From Candidatus Dormiibacterota bacterium (lineage in GTDB: Bacteria; Chloroflexota; Dormibacteria; Aeolococcales; Aeolococcaceae): a DNA stretch of 64,000 nt. Where the stretch lies: positions 24,565 to 88,564 of the forward strand of contig CAVQVY010000038.1 in assembly GCA_963717185.1 (NCBI GenBank). The letters are read 5' to 3'. Positions within the stretch are counted from its first letter, which is position 1. Every line of letters starts with the position of its first letter. A program made the position numbers and the translations under genes. The notes beneath the pieces were generated by a model. The model saw only the letters and a list, made by a program, of their open reading frames with translations, ran no database searches and was not told where the DNA came from. Of the stretch, positions 56,103-64,000 are shown piece by piece.

Positions 56103-56669
56103 TCAGGGCCGAGGAGCTCGTAGAGGAAGTGGTCCTCCCAGGAGCCGGCGACAAAGAGGTGACGGCGTGATCCCGATGCGGGTGAAGCCCGCATTCTCGA
56201 GCACGCGCTGGGACCGACGTTGCTCGGCATGACTCCCGCTTCGAGGCGGTGCAACCTGAGCCGTTCGAAGGCTCGACGGTGACCAGCTGGACGGCGGTGG
56301 TGGCCACGCCGCGGCCACGGAACGCGGCATCGACCATGTAGCCGACGCCGGCCGTTTGCAGCGCTCCGCGGTGGATGGCTGCAGGGAGATGTCGCCGGCG
56401 ACCACGCCGCCCACCCGGATCGTCCAGTGGGCGCGCAGACCCTGCGCGCACTCTCGGACGATGTTCCTGATGCGCGCCGCCTGGCCGGCCTCGGTGTAGG
56501 TGTCAGCCGTCTGCGGTGGGCTGACCCGTTCGAGGTCGGCACGGTTGCGCAGGTTCATCGCCGCGATCTCAGCGGCGTCGGACATCTCCAGGGGCCGGAT
56601 GGTGACGGGCTCGCCCTGGTGGCGACCCGACCCTGCTGTCGCCTGCTCCTGCTCGGAGATCCTGCTCAT
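56103..56669 (-). pseudogene. RimJ/RimL-type GNAT N-acetyltransferase broken by at least four frameshifts
   Basis: Homologous pieces jump between all three minus frames. They are VTIRPLEMSDAAEIAAMNLRNRADLE, GALQTAGVGYMVDAAFRGRGVATTAV, AFERLRLHRLEAGVMPSNV, RSQRVLENAGFTRIG and LFVAGSWEDHFLYELLGP. Confidence 0.6.
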
Positions 56670-56709
56670 CAGCCAACCGTACAGCGCTGAGCTGACGCCA
56701 CGACGCGTT

Positions 56710-57279
56710 CTACCAGACGAACGGGATGAGTCGCTTGCGCGTGCGCGCGAAACCGTCCCACGCCGGCCCCAGCCGCGAGGCCAGCGCGCGCTCCTCGACG
56801 AGGATGCGCTGCACCAGGCCCGCGAGTGCGCAGAGCGCGGCGACCACGCAGCTCAGCCAGCTGCCGAGCGCCAGCGCGAGCCCGACCACGGTCAGCAGGG
56901 CGCCTGTGTACGACGGATGGCGGAGCCTCGCATACGGGCCGTTCTCGATGATGCGGTGACCCGGCTGCACCTCCACGGCCGTGGTGAAGAAGCCGCCGAG
57001 CGTGGCCACCGACCACTGGCGCAGCGCGATGCCGGCCACTGCCAGCGCGACGCCGACGATGACCGGCGACCACCCCGGGATCCGGCCCGCGTCCAGCTGC
57101 GCCAGGCGGAGAGCGGCGCCCATGCCCGCAGCGACCAGGAGCACCACCCAGACGCGGCTGCCACGGTCGAGGTTCTCGCCGCTGCCTCCGCGGTGGCGGG
57201 TCATGATGCGCAGCTCAGAGACCATCCATGCCGCGAACGTCGCGCAGAACAGCGCGATGGCGATGGGCTCGCGATACAC
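56710..57279 (-). CDS. Isoprenylcysteine carboxyl methyltransferase (ICMT)/phospholipid methyltransferase-family membrane protein
   Basis: HRIIENGPYARLRHPSYTGALLTVVGLALALGSW is the ICMT-family signature. It has 4-5 TM spans. Confidence 0.75.
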   Translation of the reverse strand: MYREPIAIALFCATFAAWMVSELRIMTRHRGGSGENLDRGSRVWVVLLVAAGMGAALRLAQLDAGRIPGWSPVIVGVALAVAGIALRQWSVATLGGFFTTAVEVQPGHRIIENGPYARLRHPSYTGALLTVVGLALALGSWLSCVVAALCALAGLVQRILVEERALASRLGPAWDGFARTRKRLIPFVW

Positions 57280-57365
57280 CAGTGGCTGGATGGCCGAACT
57301 CCTCCAAGAGCGCGGTGGTCAGCCGCGCGTCCGCCGAGCATGACCGTCCGCGGTGCGAGCTCGGC

Positions 57366-58223
57366 TCAGCTCAGGACTGCTGGCCCTGGGCAGGTTGCGA
57401 ACTCGTCCGGCACGTCGTCGCCACCGGCCGGTGGCCTGGCAGCGCGTCCCTGGAGGTCGACGAACGGCTGCACGAGCTCGGCCGGCAGCGGAACCACCAC
57501 CACCGTCGCCTCCGCGCTGCCGACGTCGCTGAGGGCCTGGAGGAAACGGACCTGCACGTCGTGCGGCTGGTCCGCAAGGATCTTCGCGGTGGCCTCGAGC
57601 TTGCGAGCGAAATCGGTGTCAGCGGCCTCCGGGTCACGCTCGACGGGTGTGCCGCGGAGCTCCGTCTGGCGAGCCATCGCCCGCTGCATCGCCTCCGGGA
57701 GGATGACGTCCTCGATGTCCACCGAGCTGACCCGGATTCCCCACGGCTCAGTCCGCGCGTCCACGAAGCGCGCCAACGCATCGCGCGTCGTCTCACCGCT
57801 GACCAGCAGCTCGCGCAGGCCGACGCCTGCGACGACCTCGCGCAACGCGGCGTGGACCAGCTGTGCCGTGGACTGCCGGTAGTCGACCACACGGGTGACC
57901 GCCAGCAGCGGGTTGACGACCTGGAGGTGCACGGCGGCGCTGACGCGCACCGGGACCCCGTCGTGGGTGATCACCTCGCGCGCCGGCACCTCGAGGGGGG
58001 CGCTGCGAAGGTCAACCTTGGTGAGCCGGTCGATGCCCAGTGGGAGGATGTAGCGCAGGCCGGGTTCGAGCACGGGGCCACGTCGCCCGAAGCGCAGAAC
58101 CACGCCCCGCTGATAGTCCCTGACGACACGGAGACCGCTGGCAAGGACAATCAGCGCGCAACTGCCCCCCGCGATCGCCGCGATTACTCCCGGCTCCAAG
58201 GCCCCCTCCACAGCTGGCGCCAT
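57366..58223 (-). CDS. SPFH/Band-7 (stomatin-like) domain protein
   Basis: An N-terminal TM is followed by VVRDYQRGVVLRFGR...LEPGLRYILPLGIDRLTKVDLR...EVITHDGVPVRV...WGIRVSSVDIEDVILPEAMQRAMARQ. Confidence 0.85.
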   Translation of the reverse strand: MAPAVEGALEPGVIAAIAGGSCALIVLASGLRVVRDYQRGVVLRFGRRGPVLEPGLRYILPLGIDRLTKVDLRSAPLEVPAREVITHDGVPVRVSAAVHLQVVNPLLAVTRVVDYRQSTAQLVHAALREVVAGVGLRELLVSGETTRDALARFVDARTEPWGIRVSSVDIEDVILPEAMQRAMARQTELRGTPVERDPEAADTDFARKLEATAKILADQPHDVQVRFLQALSDVGSAEATVVVVPLPAELVQPFVDLQGRAARPPAGGDDVPDEFATCPGPAVLS

Positions 58224-58342
58224 TGTAGCAGCGTCCGATTCGTTTGCACAGCCCGACGCGATTGGTTCGTCCGTCCCTCCCAGCGCGCGCCCGTCGAAGG
58301 CCGGCCTCGCAGCGGACCGAGGCCCTGTGGCTCAGGCGGAGC

Positions 58343-58984
58343 TCAGCGCAGAGAGTACGTGGCGGGCCGGTCGGAGGACACCACCACGGTCGCGCCGGCG
58401 CGTTCGAGCAGACGGCGCACCTGCTGCCCGGTGACGTCGGCGCCGTCGAGCCGCTGCCGGATCGCCGCCACGGAGAGGGGCCGGCCGCTGCCGCGCAGCA
58501 CGTCGAAGACGCGGTCCTGGAGCGGGGCCGCTGACGCGTCGGTGGCGACGACACGACCGTTGCCACTGCCGTTCGCGGCCGGCGGGGCCGGCTCTGGCAC
58601 ATCCGCCCTGGTCACCTCGGCTGTGATCGGCTCAGCCGCGGCGACCGCGCCGGCGGGAGCCGGCATCGAGATGGTCGTGCGCCCCGGGGCCTCCCCGCGA
58701 AGCCGTGCCATCAGGGCCGGCAGGTCGTCGAGCACCTGCCTGACGAAGGCGGGGTTGCCCCTGACCTCGATCTCGCGCTCGCCGTCGCGGATGCGCACGC
58801 TGTGGTCTGGGGGCGGCATCTCGCCCCCACGGGTCGGCGGGCGCACGAACGGACGTGGCGCCGCGAAACCGGGACGGTCACCCGCCGGCCGGTCGCCGCG
58901 GTCGGGGCCCGGGCCCGGCGGACGGTCGTTGCGGGCCCGGTCGAACGGCGCCCCGCGGAACGGACGGCGATCGTCCGGGCTCAC
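58343..58984 (-). CDS. Hypothetical protein (Pro/Arg/Gly-rich N-terminus, possible C-terminal winged-helix)
   Basis: 213-aa ORF with a GTG start and actinobacterial codon bias. I recognised no family motif. Confidence 0.45.
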   Translation of the reverse strand: MSPDDRRPFRGAPFDRARNDRPPGPGPDRGDRPAGDRPGFAAPRPFVRPPTRGGEMPPPDHSVRIRDGEREIEVRGNPAFVRQVLDDLPALMARLRGEAPGRTTISMPAPAGAVAAAEPITAEVTRADVPEPAPPAANGSGNGRVVATDASAAPLQDRVFDVLRGSGRPLSVAAIRQRLDGADVTGQQVRRLLERAGATVVVSSDRPATYSLR

Positions 58985-59076
58985 CAGGTCAACTCTTGGC
59001 GCCTTCGCCCTTGCTCGTCACCGAACCCGACACGACGCCGTTGGAGCCGCCGCCCCCGTCGTTTCCCTGGTCCTGC

Positions 59077-59628
59077 TCATCGCGTGCGCCGGTGTCCTGC
59101 TGCGCTTCGGACTCCTCGGGCGACGACGAGGGAAGGGTGATCGAACTCAGGGAGGTCGTCGTCGAACTCGGGTGGAGCGCCGAAGAGGCGATCAGCCAGC
59201 TTGGTGCGCAGTGGCGACTTGACCAGCGCGACGATCGCCGCGGCGATGGCCCCGAACACCAGGATGCGACGGACACGGCGGCGCCGCTTGGGGCGGACCG
59301 CCACCGCGAGCGCCTCGGAGGCGTCGGCAAGGCGCTGGCGAGCCGCAACCGCGGCCTGCCCGGCCCGCTCCTCACCCGTGTCCGCGAGGCGTCCCGCCGT
59401 GTCGGCGAGGACGACGGCGGCGCGCTCCGCAGCATGGCTCAAGGTCTCAGCCGAGCGCTCGGCGGCGGTACGGAGCACCGGCGTGGCGACGCGCTGCGCG
59501 TTCTGCGCGGCCGCGACCGCGCGCTCGGCGAACTCCGACGCAGCCTCGCCAACGACCTCGGCGGCACGGCTCCCGGCGCCCGGGACCTCACGTTCGATCA
59601 CTGCCGTCTTCGACTTGCGTCCCAACAT
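59077..59628 (-). CDS. Hypothetical Ala-rich protein with one C-terminal TM segment (C-terminus possibly frameshifted)
   Basis: The start is taken at MLGRKSKTAV. Helical Ala/Glu/Arg repeats are followed by ILVFGAIAAAIVALV. An alternative acidic tail (SITLPSSSPEESEAQQDTG...KGEGAKS) in another frame ends at 58989, 4 nt before the next gene. Confidence 0.4.
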   Translation of the reverse strand: MLGRKSKTAVIEREVPGAGSRAAEVVGEAASEFAERAVAAAQNAQRVATPVLRTAAERSAETLSHAAERAAVVLADTAGRLADTGEERAGQAAVAARQRLADASEALAVAVRPKRRRRVRRILVFGAIAAAIVALVKSPLRTKLADRLFGAPPEFDDDLPEFDHPSLVVARGVRSAAGHRRTR

Positions 59629-59727
59629 CACGAACGTCCTCCGCTGCCCCCGACCGGTTTCCGAAACCACGATCATACGTGCGCTGGCCTTCCCGGCACC
59701 GCCGGCTGCGAGGCGAAAGGACCGAGT

Positions 59728-60018
59728 TCAGGCAGCCTTGGCGCGTGCAACGGCGACGAGCGACAGCCCGGTGTCGAGCGGTGCGTCGAGAAACCAGCGG
59801 ATCCGCGAGGCGACCACCGGGCCCACCACCTTGACGAGCGCCTCCTCGTCGGCGGCGTAGACGGCCGCCAGCGAAGGGAAGGCACGGGCGAGCCGCTGCG
59901 CCGACGCCGGGTCGATCCCGGCCACCGTCATGAGGTGGTGCCACCTCCGGGTGGTGAGCTCGCCTGCTGCGGACGTGTCACCCAGCGGGAGGAGCAGTTC
60001 CGTCGGGGTTGGGCTCAT
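59728..60018 (-). CDS. Small helix-hairpin-helix-like protein
   Basis: 96 aa. LMTVAGIDPASAQRLARAFPSLAAVYAADEEALVKVVGPVVASRI resembles tandem HhH motifs. Confidence 0.4.
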   Translation of the reverse strand: MSPTPTELLLPLGDTSAAGELTTRRWHHLMTVAGIDPASAQRLARAFPSLAAVYAADEEALVKVVGPVVASRIRWFLDAPLDTGLSLVAVARAKAA

Positions 60019-60105
60019 GCGCCCAAGTATAGCGAACAGATGTTCGTGAAGGCAACTGCGTCGGTCGCCCGGTGAGGGTCCAGGTGGCCCGCGCGGGCCA
60101 CCTGG

Positions 60106-60633
60106 CTACCGCTTGACGGGCGCCTGACCGAGCGCCGGCCCGAGGCGGTGGTACCGCCGCGCGAAGTACAGGAGCGGCTCTCCGTCACTCGAGCCGGCGG
60201 CGACCACCCGGCCGACGATGATGGCGTGGTCACCGTGCTCGGAGATGGATTCGACCTCACAGTCGAACCAGGCGAGAGCGCCGGTGAGCAATGGTGCGCC
60301 GGTCACGGCCGTCGTGGTCGGCGCCTCGTCGACCAGGGGCTGCAGCGAGCGCCCCCGCGTCGAGGCGCGCCGGCCGGTCGCCTCCTGTGCTGCAGACAGG
60401 ACGCTCAGGCCGACGCAGCCGCTGTCGCGCACCAGGCCGATCAGCTGGCCCGCTCGATCGAGCGCGAGCAGGACCATCGGCGGGTCGAGCGACAGCGACG
60501 CGAACGCGGTGGCGGTGATCGCGTGGCGCATGCCGCGGTGAGCGGCCGCTGCGACGGTGACGCCGCTGGCAAACCGGGCCGCCGCGTCGCGGAAGACGGT
60601 GGGATCCACCGGGGCGTGTGGCGTGGCCTTCAC
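60106..60633 (-). CDS. Flavin reductase-family protein (NAD(P)H:FMN oxidoreductase-like)
   Basis: FRDAAARFASGVTVAAAAHRGMRHAITATAFASLSLDPPMVLLAL...GDHAIIVGRVV is the flavin reductase domain pattern. Confidence 0.8.
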   Translation of the reverse strand: MKATPHAPVDPTVFRDAAARFASGVTVAAAAHRGMRHAITATAFASLSLDPPMVLLALDRAGQLIGLVRDSGCVGLSVLSAAQEATGRRASTRGRSLQPLVDEAPTTTAVTGAPLLTGALAWFDCEVESISEHGDHAIIVGRVVAAGSSDGEPLLYFARRYHRLGPALGQAPVKR

Positions 60634-60673
60634 GTCCCGAGCATACGGCTCGCCAAGGGAGCGGACGCCGCGC

Positions 60674-61339
60674 TCAGGCCGGCGCAGCTTCGAGGGCGGC
60701 GGGCGCCGGCGCCTCGAACGTCAGGTCGAGCTGCATCATGTTGTCGATGAACACCCTGCGGTGCTCGGGGTGTGGGCCATGGCTGAGGATCGCGGCGCGG
60801 TGCTCGCGCGCGCCGTAGCCCTTGTTGCTCGCCCAGTTGTAGTGCGGCGCGTCGTCGTGCATGGCGGTCATGATCGCGTCGCGGTGAACCTTCGCGACGA
60901 TGGAGGCTGCGGAGATCGCCGGGACCAGGTTGTCGCCTTTGACCAGGCAGTGGACGGTGCGCGTCGCGTTGATGCGCAGGCGCCCGTCGCAGCAGTAGCC
61001 GTCCGCGTCGACGAGGTCCACGAGCCGGCGGAAGATCTCGACGTTGGCCCAGCCCAGGCCGCGCCGGTTGATGTCTGCCGCGGAGATCTCAGCGACCACC
61101 CACGCCAGCGCCCGCCGGCGGATGACCGCGCCCACCAGCTCTCTCTGGCGCGCGCTCAGCAGCTTGCTGTCACGCAGCAGGGGATGTCGAAAGCGTGGCG
61201 GCAGCACCACCGCGGCGGCCACCAACGGCCCCGCGTAGGAGCCGCGCCCGACCTCGTCCATCCCGCACAGGCGGAAGCTCCGGGCATCTTCGACCCCGAA
61301 GGTGTCGCGCAGGTAGGTGGCAAGACGAAAGCGGGGCAT
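60674..61339 (-). CDS. rnhB: Ribonuclease HII
   Basis: CGMDEVGRGSYAGPLVAAAVVLP...RDSKLLSARQRE...ASIVAKVHRD...GYG are RNase HII catalytic motifs (DEVGRG, DSK). Confidence 0.85.
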   Translation of the reverse strand: MPRFRLATYLRDTFGVEDARSFRLCGMDEVGRGSYAGPLVAAAVVLPPRFRHPLLRDSKLLSARQRELVGAVIRRRALAWVVAEISAADINRRGLGWANVEIFRRLVDLVDADGYCCDGRLRINATRTVHCLVKGDNLVPAISAASIVAKVHRDAIMTAMHDDAPHYNWASNKGYGAREHRAAILSHGPHPEHRRVFIDNMMQLDLTFEAPAPAALEAAPA

Positions 61340-61445
61340 CGCGCGGCGCTCAGTCTAGGGCGCGACGCGAGCCGCGGGGGCCGGGGCTCGGCCGCGACGG
61401 CTCTGCTAGGGTGGCCGCAGATGCGACCGAGCGAGGACTGCGGCG

Positions 61446-62363
61446 ATGGCTGAGGTCACCTGGACAGACGTCGCGCCACGCGATGGCCTTCAGAACATCG
61501 CCGGCACTGTGTCCACCGAGGTCAAGGTGCGATTGATCGAGGGCCTCCTCGCCGCCGGCGTGCCACGGGTCGAGGCCACCTCGTTCGTGTCGCCGAGATG
61601 GGTGCCCCAGCTTGCGGACGCCGCCGACGTGCTGCGCGCGGTCGGCCCGCAGGCGCTGCCGCGGCTGCGCGTCCTCATCCCCAACCGGCGCGGTCTCGAG
61701 CTGGCCCTCGAGCATGACGTGGGCAACGTCCTGTACACCATCGGCGCCACCGACACATTCAACAGGCGCAACGTCAACCGCAGCGTCGCCGAGTCGCTCG
61801 ACGACCTCGACGGCGTGGTCGACGACGCGCGCCAGGCGGGGTGCGACGTCGACGTCGCCGTGTCGGTCAGCTTCGGGTGCCCTTTCGAAGGAGAGGTCGA
61901 CCCGCAGCGCGTCGTCGACCTCTGCGCCGAGCTGGTGGCCCGCGGCGCCGCCGAGGTCGGCGTCGCCGACACCATCGGCGTCGCCCACCCGGCCGCGGTG
62001 CGCGAGCTGTGCGCGCGGGCGGGTGCGGTCGTTCCCAGCGGGCGGCTCTCATTGCACGTGCACGACACGCGCGGGCTCGGCGTCGCCAACGTCCTGGTCG
62101 CGTACGAAGCCGGGGTCACGCGCTTCGACGGCAGCGCCGGCGGCCTCGGCGGCTGTCCGTTTGCACCCCGGTCAACCGGCAACGTCTGTAGCGAGGACGC
62201 GTTGCAGGCGGTGGCCAGCGCCGGCGCGATCCATGGCTGCGACCTGGCCGCGTACTGCGCGGTGAGCGAGACGCTCGCCGCCGATCTCGGCATGGAGCTC
62301 CCCGGCAAGCTGTACCGCGCCGGGATCTGGAGCGGCGCCGCGGTTGAGGAACCGGTGGCATGA
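61446..62363 (+). CDS. Hydroxymethylglutaryl-CoA lyase
   Basis: DVAPRDGLQN...ADTIGVAHP...HVHDTRGLGVANVLVAYEAG...GLGGCPF. It lies directly upstream of, and overlaps, a carboxyltransferase gene, which fits leucine/isovalerate catabolism. Confidence 0.85.
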   Translation: MAEVTWTDVAPRDGLQNIAGTVSTEVKVRLIEGLLAAGVPRVEATSFVSPRWVPQLADAADVLRAVGPQALPRLRVLIPNRRGLELALEHDVGNVLYTIGATDTFNRRNVNRSVAESLDDLDGVVDDARQAGCDVDVAVSVSFGCPFEGEVDPQRVVDLCAELVARGAAEVGVADTIGVAHPAAVRELCARAGAVVPSGRLSLHVHDTRGLGVANVLVAYEAGVTRFDGSAGGLGGCPFAPRSTGNVCSEDALQAVASAGAIHGCDLAAYCAVSETLAADLGMELPGKLYRAGIWSGAAVEEPVA

Positions 62364-63928
62364 CCGACGTCGCGCAGCCCCGCGACAGCAGCACCGTGCA
62401 CGACTCATCGGAGCTCGAGCAGCGGCTGGCGCGGGCGCGGGCGGGTGGGTCCGAGAAGGCTCGCGCCAAGCTGGCCGAACAGAGGAAGCTGATGGCGCGC
62501 GAGCGCATCGCCCGGCTGTTCGACGACGGCACCGCGTTTGTCGAGGACGGGTTGCTGGCCAACAACCTCGCCGGTGACCTTCCCGCCGACGGGGTGGTGA
62601 CCGGCATCGGCACGCTCGGTGGCCGGTCGTGTGCGGTCATGGCCAACGACCCGTCGGTGAAAGCCGGCAGTTGGGGGGCGCGCACGGTGGAGAAGATCGT
62701 GCGCATCCTGGAGACCGCCGAGCGCCTGCAGATCCCCTTGGTGTACCTGGTGGACTCGGCCGGTGCGCGCATCACCGACCAGGTCGCCATGTTCCCCGGG
62801 CGTCGCCATGCCGGACGGATCTTCCGCATGCAGGTGCGTCTCTCCGGGCAGGTGCCGCAGCTGTGCGTGCTGTTCGGGCCGTCCGCTGCCGGTGGCGCGT
62901 ACATCCCGGCCTTCTGCGACGCCGTGATCATGGTCGAGGGCAACGCGTCGATGTACCTCGGCTCGCCGCGCATGGCCGAGGTCGTGGTGGGCGAGAAGGT
63001 GTCACTCGAGGAGATGGGCGGCGCTCGGATGCACTGCAGCGTCAGCGGGTGCGGCGACATCCTGGTGGCAACCGAGGACGAGGCCATCGACACAGCCCGG
63101 CGGTACCTCTCGTACATGCCGTCGTCGTGGCGAGAGAACGTCGCCGCCGTGGCCGGCGGCGCTCCCGCGGCGGAGGCGCCGTCGATCGAGGCGACGATCC
63201 CGCTCGAGCCGGGTCGTGGCTACGACGTCCAGGACGTGATCCGCGGCCTGGTCGACGACGGCTCGTTCCTGGAGATCAAGCGGCTGTTCGCGCGCGAGCT
63301 GGTCACCGGCTTCGCGCGCATCGACGGGCGCGCCGTCGGCGTGATCGCGTCGCAACCGCGCTTCAAGGGTGGCGTGCTGTTCGTCGACTCCGCCGACAAG
63401 GCCGCCCGCTTCATCACCTGTTGCGACGCCTTCAACATCCCGCTCCTGTTCCTCGCCGACGTACCGGGCTTCATGATCGGCACGGCGGTGGAGCGCCAGG
63501 GAATCATCCGCCACGGCGCCAAGATGATCGCTGCGCTCACCCAGGCGAGCGTCCCCAAGATCTGCGTGATCATGCGCAAGGCGTACGGAGCGGGGTTGTA
63601 CGCGATGTGCGGGCCCGCTTTCGACCCCGACTGCACGCTGGCCCTACCGTCCGCGCAGATCGCGGTGATGGGACCGGAGGCGGCGGTGAACGCCGTGTAC
63701 TACAACCGGATCCAGGAGCTGCCCGAGGATCAGCGAGCCGGCTTCGTCACCCGCCTCCAGGAGGAGTATCGAGAGGACATCGACATCTACCGGCTCGCGG
63801 ACGAGCTGATCGTCGACGCCGTGGTCCCGCCGGCCGACCTGCGCGGCGAGCTGGTGCGGCGCTTCGCCGCATACGCCTCGCGCGCCAGGGACGACGTGGC
63901 TCGCCACCACGGCAACTTTCCTACCTAA
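62360..63928 (+). CDS. Acyl-CoA carboxylase carboxyltransferase (beta) subunit, methylcrotonyl-/propionyl-CoA carboxylase type
   Basis: 522 aa. GKLMARERIARLFDDGT...VTGIGTLGGRSCAVMANDPSVKAGSWG...GPSAAGGAYIPAFCD...FLADVPGFMIGTAVERQGIIRHGAKM is the carboxyl-transferase domain. Confidence 0.85.
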   Translation: MTDVAQPRDSSTVHDSSELEQRLARARAGGSEKARAKLAEQRKLMARERIARLFDDGTAFVEDGLLANNLAGDLPADGVVTGIGTLGGRSCAVMANDPSVKAGSWGARTVEKIVRILETAERLQIPLVYLVDSAGARITDQVAMFPGRRHAGRIFRMQVRLSGQVPQLCVLFGPSAAGGAYIPAFCDAVIMVEGNASMYLGSPRMAEVVVGEKVSLEEMGGARMHCSVSGCGDILVATEDEAIDTARRYLSYMPSSWRENVAAVAGGAPAAEAPSIEATIPLEPGRGYDVQDVIRGLVDDGSFLEIKRLFARELVTGFARIDGRAVGVIASQPRFKGGVLFVDSADKAARFITCCDAFNIPLLFLADVPGFMIGTAVERQGIIRHGAKMIAALTQASVPKICVIMRKAYGAGLYAMCGPAFDPDCTLALPSAQIAVMGPEAAVNAVYYNRIQELPEDQRAGFVTRLQEEYREDIDIYRLADELIVDAVVPPADLRGELVRRFAAYASRARDDVARHHGNFPT

Positions 63929-63933
63929 GCGAA

Positions 63934-63952
63934 GGGGGAACTTCGTTCCCCC
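63934..63952 (+). terminator. Short GC hairpin GGGGGAAC-TTC-GTTCCCCC after the carboxyltransferase gene
   Basis: An 8-bp perfect stem lies 6 nt after the stop. It has no T tract, so the call is tentative. Confidence 0.35.
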
Positions 63953-64000
63953 CTCGGGCTCCCCCCATCTGGCGGTGTCGGCTCCGGCGACGTGAAGTCG

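Noticed and set aside
47654-59222. Very long ORFs in the high-GC half (47654..48922 -, 49503..50921 -, 52139..54184 -, 54686..56542 -, 57228..59222 +, 51849..52613 - and others)
   Set aside because: They are antisense or out of frame relative to clearly homologous genes (ABC permease and ATPases, MFS, SPFH). Their Arg/Ala/Gly/Pro-rich composition is typical of stop-poor non-coding frames in DNA above 70% GC.
32382-62363. Two HMG-CoA lyase genes (32382..33329 and 61446..62363) as a repeat or duplication
   Set aside because: They share only protein-family motifs. Nucleotide composition and codon usage differ completely, so they are independent homologues in the two compositional halves.
1-64000. 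CRISPR arrays, rRNA genes, large direct or inverted repeats
   Set aside because: While reading the window I saw no periodic repeat-spacer pattern, no rRNA-like conserved stretches and no long repeats. This was a visual scan only and should be confirmed with repeat finders.

Overview
The window looks composite. Positions 1 to about 46.03 kb are moderate-GC DNA (32-58% GC in the 60-nt lines I hand-counted). Gene content there is Acidobacteria-like. It includes a partial xanthine-dehydrogenase-family gene, a GH3 beta-glucosidase and a late flagellar block (rod-binding protein, flgM, flgN-like, flgK, flgL). A 10-kb stretch is full of gene remnants and carries three ECF sigma factors with NTF2-like C-terminal extensions. 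Further genes are a MarR/NmrA unit, a J-domain protein, MFS-prpD-prpB, two CarboxypepD_reg/TonB-dependent receptors, and a LysR/HMG-CoA lyase/CoA-transferase/amidohydrolase group. From about 46.03 kb to 64 kb the DNA is high-GC (68-77% in sampled lines) and Actinobacteria-like. It starts with a transposase fragment, an excisionase and a tRNA-Met 3' fragment. It continues with a CGNR zinc-finger gene, a methyltransferase, GNATs, a large FtsX-type ABC permease with two ATPases, SRPBCC, MFS, ICMT, SPFH, flavin reductase, rnhB, and HMG-CoA lyase plus an acyl-CoA carboxyltransferase. The switch falls inside an ORF at about 46,030-46,050, so it is either an assembly chimera or an inter-phylum insertion. 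The most interesting signal is at 36.2-46.0 kb. Three units (plus one partial) share the layout near-consensus sigma70 promoter, leaderless Cys-rich micro-ORF of 26-34 codons, then hairpin or intrinsic terminator. Each sits directly upstream of genes for a Cys-free TonB-dependent receptor, DUF6152, two secreted paralogues, YezD, two small membrane paralogues and a TlpA-like redoxin. I read this as a candidate cysteine-sensing (or sulfur/metal-sensing) leader-peptide attenuation regulon of unknown function. About 20 apparent frameshifts or nonsense lesions are spread across both halves, so some of the pseudogenes may be indel errors from sequencing. I saw no rRNA, no intact tRNA and no CRISPR array. 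All homology calls come from motif recognition by eye, and no searches were run.
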